Positions 48,878 to 58,234 of a stretch of 64,000 bases of DNA are shown here, piece by piece. The position numbers were made by a program, and so were the translations under genes. Each line of letters begins with the position of its first letter. Positions within the stretch are counted from its first letter, which is position 1. Location: IMG/VR virus record IMGVR_UViG_3300042402_002641, positions 124,001 through 188,000 of that record; one strand, written 5' to 3'. A model generated the notes under the pieces. The model did no database searches. It worked only from the letters and a program-made list of their open reading frames with translations, and was not told the origin of the DNA.

Positions 48878-49210
48878 TTATGATATCTCAACGTAACTTA
48901 CGGTAGCGTCAACACTGTCTGCTGTATCACTGACCATCCGCAGTTCTGTTTCTGCGGGGAGAATTAATTTTTCACCTTGTGTGATCACTTTCACAGATGT
49001 ATTTGGTGGAATTGTAAGACCTTTTATATAGTATACCACAGTGGTATCTACACCTACTATCTGAACGTCTACTACTACAGTGTCGTACTCCGTAACATTA
49101 GCTAGGTTACAGCCTATAACTGTGGCTCGGACTCCTGCACCAATCTCTACCACATCTGTGGGACTAGTGCCTATTTGTGTTACCAGAGCGTGTTTGAATA
49201 CTGTTGGCAT
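48878..49210 (-). CDS. Small beta-rich virion protein
   Basis: 110 aa, CNLAN motif, paralog-like to 35104 and 52098. Confidence 0.7.
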   Translation of the reverse strand: MPTVFKHALVTQIGTSPTDVVEIGAGVRATVIGCNLANVTEYDTVVVDVQIVGVDTTVVYYIKGLTIPPNTSVKVITQGEKLILPAETELRMVSDTADSVDATVSYVEIS

Positions 49211-49214
49211 ATGT

Positions 49215-50267
49215 TTATCCTAGTGTCAATGCTAATTGTGCTGCAATGTCGTTGGCTTCTGCGACAGAAACGGCTCCTGATGAACCTGCGGGACTTGCCC
49301 AGTCTGTGCCATCCCATATTTCTAAAGCCAGCGAATCTGAATTAAATCTTGTCATACCTAGTACAGCATAAGCAGTTGGTCTATTAGCATCTACACCTAC
49401 CGGAGGCACAAATCCGTTAGTGCCCTGTATCTTAAAATAACCAATGCCTGTCTGAACAATCTGCGACACAGCATCGGAGACCACATTAGTGATCACATTG
49501 TCTACTATGCGAAAATTTCCAAGCCTTACGCCGCCAACACCGTTGCCATCAATATAAAGATCTTGTCCTGTAGTAGTGGTAATTTCGTTATCGCGGAACA
49601 TCAAATTGCCCACATCTAATGCAGGCACAGAAATAGTATCTGTGAACAGATTTACAGAGTAAATGGCTCTCCAACGATAAGTGGCAGAACCTAGATCATA
49701 GGTATTGTCTGTTTCTGGAACGAGGTCGCTGCGGATGCTGGCATTGATAATGATATTATCTGTGAGCGCATCACCAATCTGTATGTTGCCGCCTATGACC
49801 ACGTTGCCTGTAGCGGAAATGTTGCCGGTGACTCCTAGATTACCGGTGATGTTAGTATTAGCAATTATATTAACTGTGCCCGACCCGTTAGGATCTAGTT
49901 CTATACTACTGTTGCTCACAGTGGTAGATATTGTATTGCCTTGTAACTGCAGATCATCTATCTGCAGTCTTGAATGATATACCGTGGCTTCACCTGCGGC
50001 AGCTGCAAAATTAATAGTATTTGAATCACTGGTGATAGTATTACCAGTGAAGTGTAGATCGCCTACATTTAGTTGTGTGTCTACAGTGAGATTGGTTGAT
50101 CGAGTATGACCGTTGACATCAAGGTCTGTGCTAGGGGCTGCTGTTTTTATCCCGATTCGAGAGTTAACAACATCCAAATAGAGTAAGTCTGTCTCGAAAG
50201 CTAAATTCTCGCCCGCACGGAGCAAGTTAGATTTCAAGAGCTGACCGGAAATACGACCAATAGCCAT
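49215..50267 (-). CDS. Tail/baseplate fibre-like protein, paralog 1
   Basis: GRISG...NLLRAG..LAFETDLLYLDV...RIGIK; C-terminal P.G....RP...G.TRFNSD...EIWDG..W. Confidence 0.75.
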   Translation of the reverse strand: MAIGRISGQLLKSNLLRAGENLAFETDLLYLDVVNSRIGIKTAAPSTDLDVNGHTRSTNLTVDTQLNVGDLHFTGNTITSDSNTINFAAAAGEATVYHSRLQIDDLQLQGNTISTTVSNSSIELDPNGSGTVNIIANTNITGNLGVTGNISATGNVVIGGNIQIGDALTDNIIINASIRSDLVPETDNTYDLGSATYRWRAIYSVNLFTDTISVPALDVGNLMFRDNEITTTTGQDLYIDGNGVGGVRLGNFRIVDNVITNVVSDAVSQIVQTGIGYFKIQGTNGFVPPVGVDANRPTAYAVLGMTRFNSDSLALEIWDGTDWASPAGSSGAVSVAEANDIAAQLALTLG

Positions 50268-50391
50268 TAGCTCTCCAAAATAACCCGGTGTTTCACCGTT
50301 AACCTCATTTGCAGCCTATTCGGCTCTTTGCGGGTTTACCACAGTCGGATCCTGCAGTAATTTGGTCAACTACTGCAATTAAAAGTATTTA
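50268..50391 (-). promoter_or_regulatory. TAAATA promoter plus ~110-nt structured 5' leader
   Basis: Four short hairpins between TAAATA (50391-50386) and SD GGAGAG; the longest intergenic gap in the window. Confidence 0.55.
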
Positions 50392-50404
50392 TCCATTTTG
50401 GAAA

Positions 50405-51499
50405 TTACCCCAGCATTAGGGTATAGGCGTGACCGAGATCTTCCATGATTTCTACCGTAACCTCGATACCACCACCTGTGCTTACAGCCCATACTGTGCC
50501 GTCATAGCATTCGAGATATCCCTCATCTGTGTTCCAGCGAGTTTCACCTACTTCGGGGCTTGCTCGACGTTGAGAGCTGTCTCCAGCCGGTATTACCATA
50601 CCGTTAGTACCTGCAAACTGATAGTAACCTATGCCTGTGCCTACTATAGTGAGTGCAGTGTTGCTGAGGTTAGTGATGTTATTGATCTGCCACTGAATAT
50701 TTTCGATATCTGTGATACCGGTGTTGGGATTTAGAAACACATCTTCATTTGATTGTATGGCAGATATCTTGTTTATGTTTCCGTTTAAGGTCAGTTGACT
50801 GCTAACTGTGACGAAGGGAGACACCAGGCCACTTCCAGGCCACGCTCCTGTAGAAATTCCTTGCCATTGGGGAGCATGTAGTTCTGTCCAACGGCGAGGA
50901 CTAGAATCACCAGCATCTGCACCCAAGGCATAGGTAGCATCATCTCCCGGAATAATACTCTGTGTAAAATCTGGGGATATTGTTACTGTATCTATAGGAC
51001 TATCGCCAACTATTACTGTGCCTAGACTGGTCAGATTACCTGGCAAAGTGATATTGCCTGTGACGGCTAGATCACCAACGATATCTGTGTTGGCTCGAAG
51101 TTCTACTGTGCCTGAACCGTTGGGGTCTAGAACTATGTTTGAGTTTGATATGCTAGATATCTGATTACCATCAACGACCAAATTATTTGTGATAACTCTG
51201 TCATGAAAGATTTCCCCACCGCCGTTGATAAAAACGTCTATGCCGCCTACACTGGTGGAAAAAGTGTTAGGAGCATTAATACGCAGATTACCCAGCGCAG
51301 CCTGTGTAGTTACCGTGAGTTCGTTGGTGAATATGTTGCCATTTACATCTAGATCATAGATAGGAGTAGAATCTTTAATACCGATTCTATTGTTGGTAAC
51401 GTCTAGATAAAGTAGATCAGTTTCAAACGCAAGATCAACTCCTGCACGTAGTAGGTTGTCTGTGAGTACCGGTCCACTTATGCGTCCTAGTTGACTCAT
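50405..51499 (-). CDS. Tail/baseplate fibre-like protein, paralog 2
   Basis: Collinear with 49215-50267. Confidence 0.75.
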   Translation of the reverse strand: MSQLGRISGPVLTDNLLRAGVDLAFETDLLYLDVTNNRIGIKDSTPIYDLDVNGNIFTNELTVTTQAALGNLRINAPNTFSTSVGGIDVFINGGGEIFHDRVITNNLVVDGNQISSISNSNIVLDPNGSGTVELRANTDIVGDLAVTGNITLPGNLTSLGTVIVGDSPIDTVTISPDFTQSIIPGDDATYALGADAGDSSPRRWTELHAPQWQGISTGAWPGSGLVSPFVTVSSQLTLNGNINKISAIQSNEDVFLNPNTGITDIENIQWQINNITNLSNTALTIVGTGIGYYQFAGTNGMVIPAGDSSQRRASPEVGETRWNTDEGYLECYDGTVWAVSTGGGIEVTVEIMEDLGHAYTLMLG

Positions 51500-51501
51500 G
51501 A

Positions 51502-52101
51502 TTAATTGGCGTATCCGTAGTATACAGTTACGTAAACTGGATTACCACCTCCTCCTGATGCTGGCACTGCTGATGCGAATTTGATATACCAGCCGTCTGC
51601 ATATGGTGCATTTGGTCCTGCCAAACTTCCACCAACACTTTGTAACACATTAAAATTTCCGCCAGTGTGTGTTGGCCCGCCACCTATTTGAAATACGTTT
51701 TCAATTAATACGATAATATTATCATCGCTGGCTGAATATGCTGTTACATATGCTGCTGTAGAATTCAACGGTCCAAACACTGTTTCTGTTCCATCACCTG
51801 GTCCTAGAGTTTGTTTAACAATTGCTGAAGCCACAGGACTAGCTACTATTACCCAATTGCCTCCTACATATGCTTCAATAGATGATAATGATGTGTTATA
51901 ACGAATAGTTCCGTTGGCATCTGTTGGTTGGCGAACACTGCTTAATTGTGGGCGTTGTGCTGTAGTTCCTTTAGGCAGCATCATTCCGCCTTTGGCATTT
52001 ACTACTACTCGATTGCCTGGACCTACTCCGTCAGGATAGGCAATCAATGTGCGATCATTGATACTGAATTTTGAAATACCTTTGGTCTTTAAGAACTTCA
52101 T
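51502..52101 (-). CDS. Virion structural protein
   Basis: LPKGTTAQRP...GTIRYNT...EAYVGGNW motif common in phage fibres; ATGA overlap gives the start at 52101. Confidence 0.7.
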   Translation of the reverse strand: MKFLKTKGISKFSINDRTLIAYPDGVGPGNRVVVNAKGGMMLPKGTTAQRPQLSSVRQPTDANGTIRYNTSLSSIEAYVGGNWVIVASPVASAIVKQTLGPGDGTETVFGPLNSTAAYVTAYSASDDNIIVLIENVFQIGGGPTHTGGNFNVLQSVGGSLAGPNAPYADGWYIKFASAVPASGGGGNPVYVTVYYGYAN

Positions 52102-52499
52102 ACTGCTAGTGCGCTCACTGTTACACTCAGTCTTGCTGCGGCAGATGTGCCAACCCACAGTTCATCACCGTTGTCAAACACCAATCTTTCTTCCGAGAAA
52201 AACACAGTTTCTCCTGCCGGTACTGTAAGATTGCTTACAATTAAATTACCACTGCCTGCGGTCTTGCCGCTGCGCACCACATAGATGTTCACAGTGACTG
52301 CGTTGGTTGTTTCATCAGCAGCACTAGGTGCAGCAGTATTACATAGTGCTATTGTTGTAATTGCATTTTGTCTACCTGTGACAGCGCCTCCGATAGGACC
52401 ACCTGTGGTTGAACTGGTAAACACCTTAACCGGCACGGTAACACTGGTTGAATCTATTAATAAAATTGTGTTTTCCGGATTTTCATAATTTCGTATCAT
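52098..52499 (-). CDS. Small beta-rich virion protein
   Basis: 133 aa, IALCN...LTVPAGET motif. Confidence 0.7.
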   Translation of the reverse strand: MIRNYENPENTILLIDSTSVTVPVKVFTSSTTGGPIGGAVTGRQNAITTIALCNTAAPSAADETTNAVTVNIYVVRSGKTAGSGNLIVSNLTVPAGETVFFSEERLVFDNGDELWVGTSAAARLSVTVSALAV

Positions 52500-52508
52500 A
52501 TTTGTCTC

Positions 52509-53570
52509 TTAAAATAACATGCTGAATACCAGGGCACGGTTTTTGCTAATTAACTCTCCATTCTGCTTTGCTGCTTCAGCTGAATCATTGACAAACCATA
52601 CACCTGATGTACCTGTACCGGGAGTATCACCGTAGAGCAGTATGTTGTCTGAGACATAGGTAGGTACCACACCTGTCTTCTCTAGCTGTATGGCATAGTT
52701 AGTCTGTAATTTACCTGTGCCCTGTGTTCTCACATAGACGTTGAGGTTAGTAATACCGTTCTTGGTGGTAATTTCATTGCTGTCTATGCCACCGCCAATT
52801 TCAAGATCTGAAATTTCTAAACGATTGTTATAGAACTGACCCACTAGTGTGTTGTCGACAATCACAGAAACAGCGCTTTCTCCGCTGGTCGAATAACCTG
52901 TTACTGTGTTGAAATATTGTAAAGATCCCGCAGTTGCGGCTAGATTGGGAGTTATTTCTTTGTCTGTGATTATGACTCTAGTGTCTTGGCTCTGCGGCGC
53001 TACGATCTGGAATGTGGGATTGTTTAGAATCGCGTCATCTACGTATTTTTTGTTTGGCAACACATCGTCGACACTGCCTGGGACCGCAGCTTCTCTGGCA
53101 AGTATCTGTGCTTCGTAGGTTGTTGTGCCAAAAACTTTGACTAAACCTGTACCTGTGCCTATCAATGTAAGATCACCATCGTCTGTGGTCGGATTAGTAT
53201 AGATCCTACGCAATCGCAGATTGCTTTCATCGTAGTTAAATGGACCTGGAGCGGAATTGTTTGCTATTAACCAGGTATCGGCTGTTTCGTCATACAATAG
53301 ACTGGCATTTGATAACGATCCTCTCTCAACCTCCAGACCAGAATAAACTAGTGTGATTCCAGCTCCAGTTTCACCATCATTGATTCTTATAATATTGTCT
53401 GTAATATTGAGATTGGCAGCAGCCACATTTAAGGTTTGTCCCTCAACAACAAGATCTCCAGTGATTCTTACTGACCCGCCGGAAGCAGCAGGACCAGTGT
53501 CAAGTGTTATCTTGGCACCTTCTGCTGTTTTTATATTATAGTCACCGTTGACTTTGAAAAACTGTCCCAT
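52509..53570 (-). CDS. Virion structural protein (baseplate/fibre-associated)
   Basis: LVVEGQT...LNITDNIIRINDGETGAG..L..SG.EVERG motif seen in T4-like structural proteins. Confidence 0.7.
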   Translation of the reverse strand: MGQFFKVNGDYNIKTAEGAKITLDTGPAASGGSVRITGDLVVEGQTLNVAAANLNITDNIIRINDGETGAGITLVYSGLEVERGSLSNASLLYDETADTWLIANNSAPGPFNYDESNLRLRRIYTNPTTDDGDLTLIGTGTGLVKVFGTTTYEAQILAREAAVPGSVDDVLPNKKYVDDAILNNPTFQIVAPQSQDTRVIITDKEITPNLAATAGSLQYFNTVTGYSTSGESAVSVIVDNTLVGQFYNNRLEISDLEIGGGIDSNEITTKNGITNLNVYVRTQGTGKLQTNYAIQLEKTGVVPTYVSDNILLYGDTPGTGTSGVWFVNDSAEAAKQNGELISKNRALVFSMLF

Positions 53571-53583
53571 TTACGATCCTATA

Positions 53584-53985
53584 TTAGGGAGTTGTTAATG
53601 AAATTACACTGGTAGACGAGTCGTTGACAACTGACCACTTGTATCTGTTACCGTTAAAATCTACTACGATTTTATTGAATAATTTAGCTAGTCTAATACC
53701 GGTACCGTTAGCAGTATAGCCCATGATGCTCATTTCATTAGCATCGAGTGAACCGTCGGCTTTGTCTACCAGTTGACAGACTCCTACATTACCTTCTGCT
53801 CCAGTATCACCAGCTAATTTATTTGTTCCGTCTTTAGTATCGTTAACTAAAAACCTCTTTGGTGATCGTTGACGCAGTATTTGTCCTTGTACAGATTCTG
53901 CATTTGATCCTACTTGGCAGTTTACTGTGATGTTAGTACCATCATCTAATAAACCAAAAAATCTCTTGTTTAGTGGACGTCCCAT
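53584..53985 (-). CDS. Hypothetical protein
   Basis: 133 aa, MGRPLNKRFFG, strong AAGGAG SD. Confidence 0.75.
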   Translation of the reverse strand: MGRPLNKRFFGLLDDGTNITVNCQVGSNAESVQGQILRQRSPKRFLVNDTKDGTNKLAGDTGAEGNVGVCQLVDKADGSLDANEMSIMGYTANGTGIRLAKLFNKIVVDFNGNRYKWSVVNDSSTSVISLTTP

Positions 53986-54054
53986 TTGTTTCTCCTTGTG
54001 TTTGACGTTCTAGGTCTACGCGGTGGGTACCGCATAATTACTTAGATACTTTAT

Positions 54055-54324
54055 TTATCCGCGGCTCAGCAGACTCATCAGTTCCATTTTTTCCACTGTG
54101 GCAACGATTCGGTTGATTTCATCTAGTTCTCGCTGTGCCTTTTCTAAATGGCTGCGACTATGTGTTTGTCTATAGCGTATGCCAGCGTTGCTGAACTCTA
54201 CGATGTGCTGTTCTACCATACGTTCAATTTGTTGAACATCGTGAGCAAACATAGGAAATCGCATGCGCCATTGATTGATGTGTCTGCGCAGTTGGGGGAA
54301 ATCTTGGTCACTGGTTACCTGCAT
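54055..54324 (-). CDS. Hypothetical protein
   Basis: Start reassigned to 54324 (TAAATA-N5-ATG after the capsid terminator). Confidence 0.65.
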   Translation of the reverse strand: MQVTSDQDFPQLRRHINQWRMRFPMFAHDVQQIERMVEQHIVEFSNAGIRYRQTHSRSHLEKAQRELDEINRIVATVEKMELMSLLSRG

Positions 54325-54340
54325 CAAGGTATTTACGCCA

Positions 54341-54367
54341 AACAAAAAGGCTCCGAAGAGCCTTTTT
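54341..54367 (-). terminator. Rho-independent terminator after the major capsid gene
   Basis: AAAAAGGCTC-TTCG-GAGCCTTTTT then GTTT on the minus strand. Confidence 0.88.
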
Positions 54368-54391
54368 GAAGTTTGCAAAACGTTCGGCGTA

Positions 54392-55561
54392 TTAAGCGAA
54401 ACGTAGATTTGCGCTTGTTACAGCAACAGTTGCCAAGTAGTCCGCAGCATTACCAAGAGATGATGCTGTGTTTGTTAGCTCAACATAACCATAACGTGTC
54501 ATGAATGATACGACTGGTTCGAAAGTTGCTGGATCAAGAACAACACCGCTGCTCATCAATGGAATGTATGGGCAATAGAATGCTGCTGCGTCTGACTCAG
54601 AACCGCCTTTGTAACCAACAAGAACGTTGTCGTTCTCAGCGTATGTGTTAACATACACTTTCATTGCACTGTTCAATGTACCAACAAACTTGGTGTTTGT
54701 AGGTGCTTCGAATGTACCTTCTGTTGTACGAGCAAATGCGCTGGTAGTAGCAGATTGTAGTAGTGTCAATGTAGTTGGGGAAACAACAGCCCAGTTACCT
54801 GCACCACGACGTGTACGCTGAGCGATCAAGTTAGCAGCACGGTTGATTTGAACAGCTAGAGCAGCGTGTTCGTCACCAACGAATGTTGCTGTACCAGATA
54901 CAGCAGCTTGGTCATAGGTCAATACAGTAGAGCTCAATGAAGCAAGGCTACGTAGAACTTCTTGATCGATCTCAGCTGTGATCTCTTGTGCAAGAGCAGC
55001 CATGATTTCTGCTTCGATGTCAATGCCTTGTTGAGCTTGTGCATCTTGAGCAGCTTCAAATGTCCAACGAGCTGATAGCTTACGTGTTTTAGCTTCAACT
55101 GTTTGTTTCAAGATTTGAATGCTTAGTTTGTTACCAGCAACACCTTCTAGTGCAGCGGTACTAGCTGGCTTACCTGGAGATGCTCCAGAATAGCCTTCAG
55201 CAATCTTGAATGGGCTTAGTGCCTCTTCACCGGCTGTAGTAGATCCGCCTGCGCCGCCGCTGAATGTATCAGAGTAGCGAACACGTAGAGTGTGGATCTG
55301 TCCAACTGGGCCAGTTAGTGGCTGTACGCCAACTAGTTCATTAGCGATGACCGTAGGCATCACACGTCTGATCACTGGAAGGATCACACGATTTAGGGTT
55401 GCAACGTTACCGGCGGATGTAGCTCCAGCAGTAGCACTCTCTGACAAATACTTGCGGGTATTTTCTAGAGTAGTTGCCATTACTGAACGCTTGTTACCTT
55501 GAAGACCTTCTAACAGTGCCTCTTTGGTTTCCGACCAGCGTGACTCGAGTAATTGTGACAT
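54392..55561 (-). CDS. Major capsid protein (T4 gp23-like)
   Basis: PVIRRVMP..IANELVGVQP.TGP, VEAKTRKLSARWTFE.AQD, EITAEID, FYCPYIPL, FMTRYG. Confidence 0.97.
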   Translation of the reverse strand: MSQLLESRWSETKEALLEGLQGNKRSVMATTLENTRKYLSESATAGATSAGNVATLNRVILPVIRRVMPTVIANELVGVQPLTGPVGQIHTLRVRYSDTFSGGAGGSTTAGEEALSPFKIAEGYSGASPGKPASTAALEGVAGNKLSIQILKQTVEAKTRKLSARWTFEAAQDAQAQQGIDIEAEIMAALAQEITAEIDQEVLRSLASLSSTVLTYDQAAVSGTATFVGDEHAALAVQINRAANLIAQRTRRGAGNWAVVSPTTLTLLQSATTSAFARTTEGTFEAPTNTKFVGTLNSAMKVYVNTYAENDNVLVGYKGGSESDAAAFYCPYIPLMSSGVVLDPATFEPVVSFMTRYGYVELTNTASSLGNAADYLATVAVTSANLRFA

Positions 55562-55572
55562 TATAGTTCTCC

Positions 55573-56667
55573 TTAAACTTTTAGTCCCGCAAGCCTGCGG
55601 ATGTCAAATATTTCAGCGGTTTTTTCTTCACTGCTGAATTGTTGTGCCTGTGCTTTGTCGCCTGTGATTTCTTTGCCTTCAGATAGTACTTTCTTCGCCG
55701 GGGTAGCACCGTTCATCACTGAACTGATATACTTGTCGAAAGCTGTACGTAGCTTTTCTGTCTGTACTGATTCTAGTAGACTGCTCATTACTTCACGCTT
55801 GTCACCGGTCAATGGGCCTAGCAATTCGCTCATAACTTCTTTGCGTTGGCTGCTTTCTTTGATGATGCGTAGTTCACGATTTCTATTTTCTACTAGTGAT
55901 TGTGTATCTGCAACAACTCGTGCTGCTTCTTCTAATTCTGCTTCTTTGACTGCAACTACTTTGAGAAGTTTTGCGGTTTCAGATTTTTCATTTAGATGAC
56001 TTGCAGCATATTCGCTGGCAAAGCTTTCAAAAATTCTGCGACCAAAGTCATTTCTACGAGCAGCTTCGATGTCTTCACGTAGCTGAGTCATTTCAGAACG
56101 CAGTCCTTTTGCGACTGTTTCTTCAATGATTTTAGCGGAACGTGCTACAAAATCTTTCTTGATCTGTTCAAATTTAGCCTTGCTTTCGCGAACCAATTTT
56201 ACTTTGGTTTCGGCCAAATCTTTCTTATCAGTGTGGAATTCTGCGATTTCTTTCGCTAGTGCATCCACGATAAAAGATTCTAATTTTTCAACATTACCAG
56301 CTACTGCTTTGCGATCTTCGTGTAGTTCTGCAAGTTCTTTCTTGAGATTCTGAAGCACAAATGATTCCATTGCTTTGGCATCGTCCTTCATTTTCTTTGC
56401 GTACTTGGCACGAGCTTCAATTAGTCCTTGGCGGTCTTCTGCAAGCTCGCCTAGTTCTGATTGCAGGCGATCTGTTAGCATAGCTTCAACAGCTTCTACC
56501 ATAGCGCCTTTGTCGTGTTCATATTTCTGTGCAAATTCTTCACGTAGTGTAGCAGTGACTTCATCACGGTTTTCTTGAATTCTGCTATTCCAAGCGGATT
56601 CAATTTCCGATTTGATTTCCTCGGAAATCACATTGTTTTCGAACAACTGTTTTACGATATCTAACAT
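55573..56667 (-). CDS. Prohead core scaffold protein (gp22-like)
   Basis: Long Glu/Lys coiled coil between protease and capsid genes. Confidence 0.85.
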   Translation of the reverse strand: MLDIVKQLFENNVISEEIKSEIESAWNSRIQENRDEVTATLREEFAQKYEHDKGAMVEAVEAMLTDRLQSELGELAEDRQGLIEARAKYAKKMKDDAKAMESFVLQNLKKELAELHEDRKAVAGNVEKLESFIVDALAKEIAEFHTDKKDLAETKVKLVRESKAKFEQIKKDFVARSAKIIEETVAKGLRSEMTQLREDIEAARRNDFGRRIFESFASEYAASHLNEKSETAKLLKVVAVKEAELEEAARVVADTQSLVENRNRELRIIKESSQRKEVMSELLGPLTGDKREVMSSLLESVQTEKLRTAFDKYISSVMNGATPAKKVLSEGKEITGDKAQAQQFSSEEKTAEIFDIRRLAGLKV

Positions 56668-56680
56668 GTGATTCTCCTTG

Positions 56681-57313
56681 TTATTTGAGATTTGAAATTA
56701 TTCGTTTCAAACTCTCTGCTAGGTATTTTTGTGCCTTAGGGTCGCCTTGAACTTGCTGTGCTATTTGATAGGCCTGATAACCGCCTGTGTTATTCATTAG
56801 GTGTTCATATACTGGTGTAGGATAAGCGCCGGGTGCGCTGGGCTGTGCTACAACATCTACAGTAATAATTTCAAATCCTTGTACTTTACCTTCGCCGTCA
56901 ACTTCTCCACTACCTCTGGAACTGACGCCTAGTTTAACTCCCGACTCCAACATGGTCTGAATCAACTGACCCATGGGAGTTGGAAGTATTTTAAGTTTTC
57001 CGTAGCCGTTAGGACCATCCATCCACATCTTGGTAATCATATGACTAACACGATCTAGATTGATTTTCAAATCCTGTGGGTGATCAACTTCCCCCAGCAC
57101 AGAGTAGCCACCAGCGATCTGCTCGTTGAGCGTTTTGACAGCCTTGCCAATTTCTTGAGAAGAATAAACACGTTGGTTTGCATTGCGGATGTCTCCCTGA
57201 ATGCAAATACCGTTTAAATGCAGCGACTTTTTACCGTCGCTGCCTTCTTCGCTCTCCAAGACAATCTTAGCCTGATCGTAACTCAAATGTTCTGCTAGCG
57301 TAAGTTTCTTCAC
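56681..57313 (-). CDS. Prohead protease (T4 gp21-like)
   Basis: GICIQGDIRNANQRVY, LGEVDHP, RVSH.I, GVSSRGSG, DVVAQPSAPGA. Confidence 0.95.
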   Translation of the reverse strand: MKKLTLAEHLSYDQAKIVLESEEGSDGKKSLHLNGICIQGDIRNANQRVYSSQEIGKAVKTLNEQIAGGYSVLGEVDHPQDLKINLDRVSHMITKMWMDGPNGYGKLKILPTPMGQLIQTMLESGVKLGVSSRGSGEVDGEGKVQGFEIITVDVVAQPSAPGAYPTPVYEHLMNNTGGYQAYQIAQQVQGDPKAQKYLAESLKRIISNLK

Positions 57314-57325
57314 CGTCCGATCCTA

Positions 57326-58171
57326 TTATCTACGACCACGGAAAAGGCTTTGCTTGTTGTCAGCTGATTCTTTCGCACCAGCTTTCTCAGCACCATGTCC
57401 GGGTTCTTTCTTAGAGAAAGCACCGCCTGCTTTGCCGCCTGGGACATTGATGTTACCAGCATTATCTTCAGTTGGCTTACCTTTTAACAGTCCGGAACCT
57501 TTGAGTTCGCCTGTTTCTGAACCAGGTGCGCCATTTTTGCCGCTGAGAATGTTAGCAGTTGTCCCGCCCATGTCATTCTTGCCAGCTACGATTGATTTAG
57601 TGTTGACACCGTTGTCGCCCATTTTTGCAGGAGCAACTTTCTCAACATACTCACGCACGGTTTCAAGATCGAAATCATCTTTCATTTTGTCGCCCATGCC
57701 GCCCATGTCGTCACCGCCCATGTCGTCACCGCCCATGTCGCCCATGTCACCACCACCTTTGAGTTCATCAAATTTGGCCTGTAGTTCATCAACAATGCTG
57801 TCTAGGTCTTGGAATAGTTCTTCTTCGGACTTTTCTTCCATGTCGTCGTCACCCATTTCTAGATCACCTTCTAGGTCATCTGTGGGGTCACCACCCATCA
57901 TATCTGGATCTTCGTCATCAGCTTCGATAGCGATGTCTTCAAATTCTTCGTCTACTTTTTCGTCTTCTGCATCATCATCTTTTGCAGCTTCTTCTACATC
58001 CTCGTCATCTTCATCTTTTTCTTCTTCTTCAGCGATTTCGCTGTCGATCAAAGATTCGTAGATTTCACGGGATTGTTGTACCACATACTCGTGGAATAAT
58101 TCTTCAGCTTTCGCTTGATCGTCGTTTACGAGATGCTCAAGCATCTGTTGCAACAATTTTTTGTCTGCCAT
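57326..58171 (-). CDS. Acidic prohead core protein (gp67/gp68-like position)
   Basis: Very Asp/Glu-rich with GGDDM repeats; lies between portal and protease. Confidence 0.65.
   Translation of the reverse strand: MADKKLLQQMLEHLVNDDQAKAEELFHEYVVQQSREIYESLIDSEIAEEEEKDEDDEDVEEAAKDDDAEDEKVDEEFEDIAIEADDEDPDMMGGDPTDDLEGDLEMGDDDMEEKSEEELFQDLDSIVDELQAKFDELKGGGDMGDMGGDDMGGDDMGGMGDKMKDDFDLETVREYVEKVAPAKMGDNGVNTKSIVAGKNDMGGTTANILSGKNGAPGSETGELKGSGLLKGKPTEDNAGNINVPGGKAGGAFSKKEPGHGAEKAGAKESADNKQSLFRGRR
57690..57757. repeat. Tandem 15-bp-unit repeat encoding GGDDM/GDM
   Basis: gcccatgtcgtcacc repeated with degenerate flanks. Confidence 0.8.
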
Positions 58172-58234
58172 GTTATGTTCTCCTTTATATAGTCAAGGCT
58201 GTAAGTTATTTAACACTAAGATTATAAACCAGGG

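Noticed and set aside
50268-50391. tRNA or known riboswitch (c-di-GMP-I, ZTP, glycine)
   Set aside because: No T-loop/D-loop consensus or CCA; only fragmentary motif resemblance; kept as an unknown structured leader
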